Source: Polyangiaceae bacterium
Lineage (GTDB): Bacteria > Myxococcota_A > Polyangia > Polyangiales > Polyangiaceae
NCBI GenBank assembly: GCA_033763455.1
Contig: JANRKO010000006.1
Coordinates: 320,001 to 384,000 of the forward strand
Reading direction: 5' to 3'
Length of the DNA: 64,000 nt
Of this stretch, positions 31,941 through 39,824 are shown piece by piece. Each line of letters starts with the position of its first letter. Position 1 is the first letter of the stretch. Position numbers and translations under genes: made by a program. The notes below the pieces were generated by a model. It was not told the origin of the DNA. It worked only from the letters and a program-made list of their open reading frames with translations, and did not search any database.

Positions 31941-33092
31941 TTAGCCCGGTAGCGGAACCGCGACGGTGCCGCTCTGGGAACAAATAGAAACCGCCGACTG
32001 GCAGTCTCCGTAGCTGACATCGAAGCTAAAGCCCGAAGCCGGCGGCGCCACGCCTCCAGCTCCGCCCGACGCGCTTCCGGCTCCGCCACCGAAGCCACCC
32101 TGGAAGTATTGAGAGCACGAGCAGGTGGACGTACCGCTGAAGCCGTTCGGATAGCAGCTCAGGTAGAAGGTAGAGTTGCTACAGCTCAGGGTGGCGTCAC
32201 AATATCCGGGAGAGTTCACGTTCACGCTACCAACGCAGCCCACGGGGGGTACGGGTACGGGATAGGGTGGAGGCATCGGCACACCGTACTGACAGCTGTA
32301 GGCGTTCGAATCCCAGTACGAGCAGCGATTTTCTGTATCGTTATAGTCGCAGCGCTCCTGAAGTACGGAGGTGCGGCATTGCTTGCCTGCTTGTACGTAC
32401 TGCTGGCACACGGGGGAATAGGAATTCACCTCTGAATAGCAGCCATTGACGCAGTCAAAGTAGCGACCATCTTGCGGTACCCCAGAACACTTCAAGGCGA
32501 TGCTACAATAGTTCTCACACGCGCCCATCAGAGGTGGTGGAGGTGGTGGCGGCGGCGGCGGCGACGCGCAGCGCTCAGCATCGGACATGAGTTGCCCGCA
32601 CTTGGCCTGTGCGTCCCCAAAGCTGCAACTGGTACTCGCAAGCACACTTTGGTAACAGTCGAGAGCCTGGATGCGAGAGTTGTAGCAGTCACTGTTCATC
32701 GCCCCTTGATTTAAGTAGCTGTTGCAGTTCCCCGCACAAGTTGGGTCGCCTTGGCCGCACGACGAAAGCTGCCCGCAAAAGCGCTCACACGCCGTAATTG
32801 GAGGCGGTGGAGGTGGTGGTGGAGGCGGTGGCGGTGGTGGAGGTGGTGGGAATATCGGCCCGACCCCGCCAGTGGGAGCAACGGGCGCTCCGCCAGCTGG
32901 CGCACCACCGGACTTGGTGGGGCCTCCACCGGACGCTTTGCCACCAGTGCCGCCGGTGCCGCCAATCCCACCCGAAGACGGGTACGGGTAGGTGCCGTTG
33001 AAACCAACCAGGTCCCCACCGTCGCGCCCACCACATGCCACCAACCAACATGCCATACCCGCCAGAAGCGGCGCCTTAAGTCCAACTCGCAT
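31941..33092 (-). CDS. Cys-rich lipoprotein with polyproline linkers
   Basis: Lipobox LVAC; Gly/Thr linker; two poly-Pro tracts each followed by an ACE..C.....C helical Cys module. Confidence 0.7.
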   Translation of the reverse strand: MRVGLKAPLLAGMACWLVACGGRDGGDLVGFNGTYPYPSSGGIGGTGGTGGKASGGGPTKSGGAPAGGAPVAPTGGVGPIFPPPPPPPPPPPPPPPPPITACERFCGQLSSCGQGDPTCAGNCNSYLNQGAMNSDCYNSRIQALDCYQSVLASTSCSFGDAQAKCGQLMSDAERCASPPPPPPPPPPLMGACENYCSIALKCSGVPQDGRYFDCVNGCYSEVNSYSPVCQQYVQAGKQCRTSVLQERCDYNDTENRCSYWDSNAYSCQYGVPMPPPYPVPVPPVGCVGSVNVNSPGYCDATLSCSNSTFYLSCYPNGFSGTSTCSCSQYFQGGFGGGAGSASGGAGGVAPPASGFSFDVSYGDCQSAVSICSQSGTVAVPLPG

Positions 33093-33310
33093 GAGCGAAG
33101 CCTAGCCTTCAAACCACCGCAGGTCCACCGCGCAAGGTGGGCCGATGCGGCACCGAATAGCTATTTTCTTCGAGGGTTGGCCCTATTTCTCACATCAAGA
33201 GGGCTGCTATAACTGAACGCAAAGCCCCCTGACACAAATTCGTTACACCCTCACCTTGACAGCAAACGCAGCGCTCCCTAGCTGCTATGTCGTCCTTTTG
33301 GGATTCTTGC

Positions 33311-33973
33311 ATGCCAACGACACCACCGCCCAGCCAGCACCCCATGGAACTTCAGCAAGAGGGGCTGACGGACGCCGAGCACCACAAGAAAATGGTTGAG
33401 CTTAAGAGTGCACAGGACGCACTCGTGAAGAGCAAGGAAATCGAGCGAGGGATCCTGCTGGTGAACACGGGGGATGGAAAGGGCAAATCCACAGCGGCCT
33501 TCGGCTTGGCGCTGCGTGCGGCTGGTGCTGGCCTGCGCGTGGGTGTGATTCAGTTTATCAAAGGAACTTGGAAAACGGGTGAAGCGGAAGCGTTCAAACG
33601 CTTCCCGGAGATCGAGCACGTGGTATCCGGCGAGGGCTTCACTTGGAACACGCAGGACCGCCAAAAGGATGTGGCTGCGGTTCGGCGGGGGTGGGAGCGA
33701 GCTAAAGAGATGATCGAAGCCAGCCGCGGTGATGAGCCAGCGTTCCATTTGTTGGTGCTAGATGAGCTTAATATCGCACTAGCCTTCAACTACATCGGGT
33801 TAGATGAAGTGTTGCCTGTGCTTAAGAATAAGCCAAAAATGCTGAACATTGCCGTTACTGGTCGCGATGCCAAGCCGGAATTGATTGCCCTGGCCGACAC
33901 GGTAACGGAGATGAAGTCCATTAAGCACGCGTTTGATGCTGGCATTGTGGCCCAGCGAGGCATCGAGTACTGA
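33311..33973 (+). CDS. cobO: Cob(I)yrinic acid a,c-diamide adenosyltransferase
   Basis: TGDGKGKSTAAFG, QFIKG, LDELN, TGR, KHAFDAG..AQRGIEY. Confidence 0.95.
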   Translation: MPTTPPPSQHPMELQQEGLTDAEHHKKMVELKSAQDALVKSKEIERGILLVNTGDGKGKSTAAFGLALRAAGAGLRVGVIQFIKGTWKTGEAEAFKRFPEIEHVVSGEGFTWNTQDRQKDVAAVRRGWERAKEMIEASRGDEPAFHLLVLDELNIALAFNYIGLDEVLPVLKNKPKMLNIAVTGRDAKPELIALADTVTEMKSIKHAFDAGIVAQRGIEY

Positions 33974-34037
33974 GGGCGCATCCAAGAGTGAGCGATGCAC
34001 GAGCGTGCTCTGGCGGCGGGCAGCGCGTTTGTACGGC

Positions 34038-34487
34038 TTAACCGTTAGGGAGTTTTGAGAAAAACTCGAACGCTACCTTTTCGAATTCTGGCGCTACCCG
34101 CTTAACCAACGCTTGGCCTCGCGCAGTAACTATAATTCGCCAGGCGCGTGCGTCACCGAGCGTAGGCCCGCGATCGAGCAAGCCTCGTAGTGAGAGGGCT
34201 GTTGCAATACGCGAGGTAGTTGCTTGATCGAGCCCGGCGTGTTCGGCAACAGCCCGCTGTTGGACAGCATCTTCTTTGGCCTCGGTGAGGCTCAATGTGG
34301 AAGCCAACACCAGGTATTGGGTGTGCGTTAGCTCAAAGGGCTTGAGCGTCGAATCAGCCATCCGTTGCCAACGCATCGCGTCGCGCCAGAGGCTGAAGCC
34401 ACGTTGGATGTTTTCTGGCTCTGGGGTCACCACTTCGAAATCACCGTTTGGATTGGGGACGACGGGACACACGCGGGCCTGAGGCAC
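34038..34487 (-). CDS. MarR family transcriptional regulator (start uncertain)
   Basis: GFSLWR..MRWQR, LTHTQYLVL, DARAWRIIVTARG. Confidence 0.85.
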   Translation of the reverse strand: MPQARVCPVVPNPNGDFEVVTPEPENIQRGFSLWRDAMRWQRMADSTLKPFELTHTQYLVLASTLSLTEAKEDAVQQRAVAEHAGLDQATTSRIATALSLRGLLDRGPTLGDARAWRIIVTARGQALVKRVAPEFEKVAFEFFSKLPNG

Positions 34488-34676
34488 TTAGCATGACAAG
34501 CATCAGGAGTGCGAGGCGAAGGGGGTGGAGCGGCGTGCGAGGTACTTAGCATGACAAGCATCAGAAGTGCGGGGCGAAGGGGGTTCCCAGGGCTTGAGGT
34601 ACTTAGCATGACAAGCATCAGGAGTGCGGGGCGAAGGGGGTTCCCAGCCGGCTTGAGGTACTTAGCATGACAAGCA
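34481..34676 (+). repeat. Tandem array, about 3.4 copies of a 57-59 bp unit
   Basis: Units start at 34481, 34539, 34596, 34655; core GAGG(T/C)ACTTAGCATGACAAGCA(TCAG.AGTGCG.GGCGAAGGGGGT). Confidence 0.92.
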
Positions 34677-34867
34677 CTGGCAGCGGGTCGAAAGAAGGCC
34701 GCAACCGTCCGGCTACACCAACGGGACGCCAACAGGCCAAGCGTGTGCGAGGTTCTCCGGGCGTGGCGCGTTGCACGCCCGATCGGGTGTCAGCGGATTC
34801 GTGGAGACAGCCAGGATGAAACAACGCCCAAGGCCCGGCCTAGGAGCCAATAAGTGCGCTGCAGTGC

Positions 34868-36334
34868 TTACTGCTGGGTGGCGATGGGCTTGGGGCCCAC
34901 CCAACGTTCCTGACGGCTGTAGGGGACCTCGTGGGCTTCGTCTTTGCTCACGGTTGATTTATCGAGCTGAATGTTCTTGGTCATGGTGATCATGAACACG
35001 GTGGAGCTGCCTTGGCCGCCTATCATTACGGACCAGCCGAGGAACATCATCCACATGCGGAACCAGCGTTGCCCGTATTTGGCCACGATGGCAGCTTCGT
35101 TCTTCTTCCAGTTTTCGTACCACTTGTGAATGGTAATCGAATAATGCACACCGCAGTTCTCGACTCGGTGAACCTCGAAACCGGCGCGCTCTGCCTGCGA
35201 AACCACGAAGCCGAGCGGACAACTCGCATCGGCACCGGGGAAGATGTACTTCGCCATGAAGAGGCCCCACACGAGGTCCTCATAGTGCCAAGGGCGGCGG
35301 AGCCCTGCGATCTGTAGATAGAAGATGCCGTCGTCTTCCAACATGCTTCGTACTTGGAGGAGGAACTGCTGAAAGTTCTTGATGCCAACGTGCTCGGCCA
35401 TTTCCAAGCAGGTGATCTTGTCGAACTTGGTAGCCGGTAGGTTGCGGTAGTCATCCACGATGACGCGCACGCGATCGGCCACGCCTGCTTTCCTGGCTCG
35501 TTCGTTGGCCCAATCGGCTTGCTCCTGTGCCAGGGTGATCCCGGTGCTGATCGAGCCGTGGTTCTTGGCTGCGTGAGTGATGAGTGGACCCCAGCCGCAG
35601 CCGATGTCCAAATGTCGATCACCCGGCTTCATCTGCACGTAGCGGCATACGGTTTCAAGCTTACGCTCTTGGGCTGTTTCCAGGGATTCGTTCGGATCCT
35701 GGAAGATACCGCTTGTGTACGTCATCGATTCGCCAAGGAACCAATTGTAGAAGTCATTGCCGCGATTGTAGACGTGCGCGATATCACTCTCGTCGCTCTT
35801 TACCGTGTGCGTCACATTCTGACCGAGGAACTCTCGAAAGTAGAATTTGACATCACCCCAGGTAAACGCGAAGCGAAACAGGCGGTTACGGCGCAGGAGC
35901 ACCTCATATACGTCCTGTTTGAAGTCTAGCTTTTCGGCCATGTACGCTTCGTAGAGGATCTCCATCGGGATCCGTTTTGATTGCCAGCGGGCAGCGTCAG
36001 CCGGATCACGCCAGGCAATGTACTTGCTGCAATCTTCAGCGGGCGCGCTGCTCTGGGAGTAGGAGCGATAAACAAGCCAGCCAAGAGGCAGCACGATTCC
36101 GAAAAGGGGGACAGCAACCCAAGCTAACGCTGCAGCCACCCAGCTACCGGTAAGCAGCCAAGCCAAACCCGCCACGGCCGTTGGGACCGCTAGGAGGACC
36201 AGGATATTTTGCTCAAGCAGCCAGAAGATGAAGGGCATGCCGTGCGTGCGCCCCTGTTCTCGGTGCTCAGAAGCCTTCTGGTGCGTGGGTCGTTCGGTCG
36301 CGTGCGGAGAGTTCAGTGCTGCAGAATCTGTCAT
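34868..36334 (-). CDS. SAM-dependent methyltransferase of the cyclopropane-synthase family, resembling fungal sphingolipid C9-methyltransferase
   Basis: LDIGCGWG, CLEMAEHVG, LQIAGLR..WHYEDLVWGLFM.KYIFPGADAS; two N-terminal TM helices. Confidence 0.8.
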   Translation of the reverse strand: MTDSAALNSPHATERPTHQKASEHREQGRTHGMPFIFWLLEQNILVLLAVPTAVAGLAWLLTGSWVAAALAWVAVPLFGIVLPLGWLVYRSYSQSSAPAEDCSKYIAWRDPADAARWQSKRIPMEILYEAYMAEKLDFKQDVYEVLLRRNRLFRFAFTWGDVKFYFREFLGQNVTHTVKSDESDIAHVYNRGNDFYNWFLGESMTYTSGIFQDPNESLETAQERKLETVCRYVQMKPGDRHLDIGCGWGPLITHAAKNHGSISTGITLAQEQADWANERARKAGVADRVRVIVDDYRNLPATKFDKITCLEMAEHVGIKNFQQFLLQVRSMLEDDGIFYLQIAGLRRPWHYEDLVWGLFMAKYIFPGADASCPLGFVVSQAERAGFEVHRVENCGVHYSITIHKWYENWKKNEAAIVAKYGQRWFRMWMMFLGWSVMIGGQGSSTVFMITMTKNIQLDKSTVSKDEAHEVPYSRQERWVGPKPIATQQ

Positions 36335-36463
36335 TTTTAGGCCTGGGGCGGCAGCGCAAGAGTGCGCCAAAACAATCCGCTCGGGGGCCCTTAGACGCCA
36401 AATCGTGCCAAAAGTCCACTCCATCCAGAAATCCCGGGGGAGCCGAGGCGGCCTAGCAAAGCC

Positions 36464-37384
36464 TTAGGTCGAATGATTCAGAACAAAATCGACCACGTGG
36501 GCATCGGGCACAAAGCCCAGCTCGTACGTCGGCACGCACTCCACCACCCGTTCCAACGTCTCCAGACACTCGCCCATCAAGGCCTTATCGTAGAAGGGGA
36601 CAAAACTCGTCGAGAGCAAGCGTGCAACGGCCAGAGAGCTCTCCATGCGGAAGGCCTGGTTCGTGTGGGTTTGTCGCAAGAAATAAAGCGCCGTAACGGG
36701 CACGCTCCCAGCTTCGCTGAAGGCGCCCTCCCCGTGCCAGGGGGTTCCGTGCATGATTACCTTGCCTTCGGAGAGGCGGAGCACGATGCGGTCGTCGCTC
36801 AAAATGCGCACATTCTTCGCGTTTTGCCAGATGCGGGACATGGTCGTCTTTCCGCCACCTGATTGGGCCGTGAATATGTAGCCGCGCCCATCTTCCGTGA
36901 TTAGGCCAGACGCGTGCAGCTCGATCCCTTGGCGGGAGCAAAGTAGATGTTCCAAGAGGAGCTCTCCAAGTGGGTATTCGAGGCCTGCAATCCGCTCCTT
37001 GTGCGGGAAGCGCCGCTCATCAAGCAGCACCTCGCCATACGTGAACGTGCGATCCACCCGAGCCACCTGGTAAGGCGCATGGCCGAAGGCCGGCGTATGG
37101 CAGGCGAACATCAAGCCCCCGGAAGCCTCCTTAAACAGCTTCCAGCTACCACCAGAATCGAAAAGCGGCACTTCTGAGGGCGGCTTTGGCATCTCAGAAA
37201 CGCGCCGCACCTCCAGCTGCAGATCTGCAGGACTTTGAGTTTGAAACGCCGAGAAGGCTCCGGGCATAACGATTTCGGCATGCTCGCCGTGTACAAAGCC
37301 AAGCGTAATACCGCCAATACGCAGGCCCACCGACGAATGAAGCCCGCTGTCCGTGTCGCCTGGTGTGCGCTCCCACCCGTCCAT
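36464..37384 (-). CDS. HPr-kinase-related P-loop protein (RiPP tailoring candidate)
   Basis: LHASG, Walker A AQSGGGKTT, LSDDR, GTPWHGE. Confidence 0.72.
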   Translation of the reverse strand: MDGWERTPGDTDSGLHSSVGLRIGGITLGFVHGEHAEIVMPGAFSAFQTQSPADLQLEVRRVSEMPKPPSEVPLFDSGGSWKLFKEASGGLMFACHTPAFGHAPYQVARVDRTFTYGEVLLDERRFPHKERIAGLEYPLGELLLEHLLCSRQGIELHASGLITEDGRGYIFTAQSGGGKTTMSRIWQNAKNVRILSDDRIVLRLSEGKVIMHGTPWHGEGAFSEAGSVPVTALYFLRQTHTNQAFRMESSLAVARLLSTSFVPFYDKALMGECLETLERVVECVPTYELGFVPDAHVVDFVLNHST

Positions 37385-37394
37385 CAGCTCCCCC

Positions 37395-37580
37395 TCAGCT
37401 CCCGAGTGACATGCAGCTACCAGTCGTGCAGTCGTCAGCGGCGGGCCCGCTGATGCCGACCATCTTACATGCTCCTAGCACGGCCTCCTCGGGCCGGAGC
37501 GGCACGGCGGTGACCTGAGGCGAAACGTAGCGCCGCTTGGGGCTCAGCTTTGCAGGCGTTGGGTTGCTTTCGTCGGTCAC
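37395..37580 (-). CDS. Putative RiPP precursor peptide (61 aa)
   Basis: GGAGGG RBS before GTG; MTDESNPTPAKLSPKRRYVSPQVTAVPLRPEEAVLGACKMVGISGPAADDCTTGSCMSLGS; YxxP leader motif; lies between the rSAM and kinase genes. Confidence 0.82.
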   Translation of the reverse strand: MTDESNPTPAKLSPKRRYVSPQVTAVPLRPEEAVLGACKMVGISGPAADDCTTGSCMSLGS

Positions 37581-37616
37581 GGAACCCTCCAAAGGTACGT
37601 AAGCTCTGCCGCAAAC

Positions 37617-38849
37617 TCAAGTTCGCTGTACGACTGGCAGTGGCCGAGGGGCGCGAGGTTGGGTAACTGGCGTACAGGCCGCAAGCTTCAGAGGCTGCGC
37701 CCCGCCGAGCTTCTCCACTTTTGCGAGTAGATTTTCGTGCTCGGCTCCGCCCGGACAATACTCACATGGACCATGGGCACGGACGGGGTGCCCGATGGCA
37801 TGGGCGCGCAGGTGCGCAACTTCACACAGAAAAGCGACTGGCTCTTCCGCATCGCCGGATTCAAGCTCGCCGTTTGCTGGGCACATCCCACAGATATTCT
37901 TAAGGCCACATTTCGTGCACTTGGTCTCACGTGTGTGCTTGCGTTCACGTTTAGCGCGCAGGAAGGAAGTCCAGCCTTCTTTGAATTTCCCCGACTCCAG
38001 AAGCAGAGTCTCTTTGGTGGAGAGGACACACATCTCCAGGTTTCCGTAGGGATCTACCGCGAACGATCGCACGCCCGCCCCACAATGATACAACTTCTCC
38101 GGATCCTCGGTCTCGGCCGTGCTTCGGGCAAAATAGTCCCTCCAGGCTGCCACTCGAGCCGAGTCTGCCAGATCCATCTCCACCACTTGCTCTGGTTGGA
38201 TCCTCACGGCAAGGGGGCTTGAAGAACAATCGATGCGCGGGTTGATTAACGCATCGAACTTAAAAGGCACTCCCAGCTCCTCGGCCCACTTCCGCATGAG
38301 CTGAATTTCATGGCGATTGCGGGTAACAGCGACCGTCTTCAACTTGAGCGGCAACTTGCGTTCCAAGAGCAGATGAACGGCCTTCACACACCGCGCATGG
38401 GAGCCGGGCTTTCGCGTTAACGCCTCGTAAGACTCTCTGGTGTAGCCATACAGCGTGATCTCGATCGAAAAAGGGCGATACTCTGCGAGCACATCGGCAA
38501 TCTCTTCGTCAATCAGGATCCCGTTCGTAAACAGTGTGATGAGGAAGCCTTTGCCCTTGGCGTAGCGGTAGATATCGAGGAAATCTTTGCGTGCAAAGAT
38601 CTCTCCGCCTGTGAACAAGAGCCAGAGGGTTCCAGCGTCGGCGATTTCATCCAAGAGGCCAAAATACTGTTCGGTGGTCAGCTCGGTGTTCTTGGCCTGC
38701 TGGTCTCCCATCGGGAGATTGTTGTAACAGTGCTCGCAAGTGAGTGGACAACGCCGTGTCACCTCAATCGTGGCACTCAACGGAACGTGGGCCTGAGCGG
38801 CCGTGGTGATCGCTCCCTGGCTAAACGTCCCGTAGCTCGAAGTCTTCAT
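37617..38849 (-). CDS. Radical SAM/SPASM peptide maturase
   Basis: CPLTCEHC, FTGGE, TNG; SPASM cysteines CGAG...C, CTKC.....C..C. Confidence 0.92.
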   Translation of the reverse strand: MKTSSYGTFSQGAITTAAQAHVPLSATIEVTRRCPLTCEHCYNNLPMGDQQAKNTELTTEQYFGLLDEIADAGTLWLLFTGGEIFARKDFLDIYRYAKGKGFLITLFTNGILIDEEIADVLAEYRPFSIEITLYGYTRESYEALTRKPGSHARCVKAVHLLLERKLPLKLKTVAVTRNRHEIQLMRKWAEELGVPFKFDALINPRIDCSSSPLAVRIQPEQVVEMDLADSARVAAWRDYFARSTAETEDPEKLYHCGAGVRSFAVDPYGNLEMCVLSTKETLLLESGKFKEGWTSFLRAKRERKHTRETKCTKCGLKNICGMCPANGELESGDAEEPVAFLCEVAHLRAHAIGHPVRAHGPCEYCPGGAEHENLLAKVEKLGGAQPLKLAACTPVTQPRAPRPLPVVQRT

Positions 38850-39169
38850 GGGCTTTCGTTGGCCACGGCCTGCACTAGCCCCACATCCGATAGTGTTGCG
38901 ATGAAGGTTGTCACATCAGTGCGGGCCTGTTCCGGGGAGAGCTCGTATTCGTCAAGTAGGGCTTGCACGAGGCTCTCCTCGGTTGCGCTTTGGGCTAACT
39001 TCGACCACAGCACGGACGCCGACTCGTTCAAGACGAATACGGAGGCGAGGTCTGCGATGTCACCCCGCACGGGCACGATGACGCTTTCCTCGCCCAATTT
39101 CCGAGTGACGGATTCCCCTCGCTGACTAAAAATACGGCTCCTCACAGCACATAAGAGTAGCTCACGCAC
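38846..39169 (-). CDS. PqqD family protein (stand-alone RiPP recognition element)
   Basis: R.LGEE.VIVP...VFVLNESASVLW...L.DEYE....A..DV..FI..L...GLV; ATGA overlap with the rSAM gene. Confidence 0.88.
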   Translation of the reverse strand: MRELLLCAVRSRIFSQRGESVTRKLGEESVIVPVRGDIADLASVFVLNESASVLWSKLAQSATEESLVQALLDEYELSPEQARTDVTTFIATLSDVGLVQAVANESP

Positions 39170-39254
39170 GGGCAGCTACCAACCTGGAACCCACCATTGA
39201 GCTCATTACTATTCGCTACCGATCATCCTGGAAACTCCGTTCAGGCTGGGTATC

Positions 39255-39824
39255 GTGGTTGCCTCGCCCAGTTTCCGGTCATTTCTCGTCGCGCTAGTGG
39301 GAGCTCGACGCCTTTTGGGCCGCGTAGCATCGGGTGCCGTTCGCCGGTTCGGCCCGAAGAGTGCCACAAAATCGCCAGATTCCATGGCTCTGCGCCCTTC
39401 CTTCGTCGAGGAGCTGCTGGGTAAGGGGATGCGTGTTCGGCTGCCGGCGATGGGTGGCAGCATGTTGCCGCTGATCGCTCCGGGCAGCGTCCTCACCATT
39501 GCCCCACTTAACGAAGCTCGTCCCAAAGAGGGAACCGTAGTGCTCTACCGCGACGGGCGTCGCATGTTTGCCCACCGGCTGCTAGCTCGTACCAGAGCGA
39601 GCATGCCTCCTGGAAGCAACTACGCATTCCGCGGAGACAACCTGGCTACCTACGACAGACCCAGCCCGGAGCATCGCATTCTGGGCATTGTCGAACTCGT
39701 GGAACCCCCGACCATCAGCTACCGCAGAGGACCTGGTGTGAGGCGAGCACTGCGCCAAGCAGCGCGCTTCTTCGCCAACCGGGATGCGAGCCGCCAAAGC
39801 GGCCGCAGCGGCCTGCACAAGTAA
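39255..39824 (+). CDS. S24/S26 family peptidase (start may be ATG 39384)
   Basis: GGSMLPLIAPG (catalytic Ser), AHRL (His), FRGDN. Confidence 0.78.
   Translation: MVASPSFRSFLVALVGARRLLGRVASGAVRRFGPKSATKSPDSMALRPSFVEELLGKGMRVRLPAMGGSMLPLIAPGSVLTIAPLNEARPKEGTVVLYRDGRRMFAHRLLARTRASMPPGSNYAFRGDNLATYDRPSPEHRILGIVELVEPPTISYRRGPGVRRALRQAARFFANRDASRQSGRSGLHK

Noticed and set aside
34481..34676. CRISPR array
   Set aside because: The sequences between the conserved cores are near-identical to one another rather than unique spacers, and there are no cas genes in the window.
34868..36334. Methyltransferase as a RiPP tailoring enzyme
   Set aside because: Although co-directional and adjacent, it has TM helices and lipid-methyltransferase family motifs; co-occurrence analysis would be needed to rescue the link.
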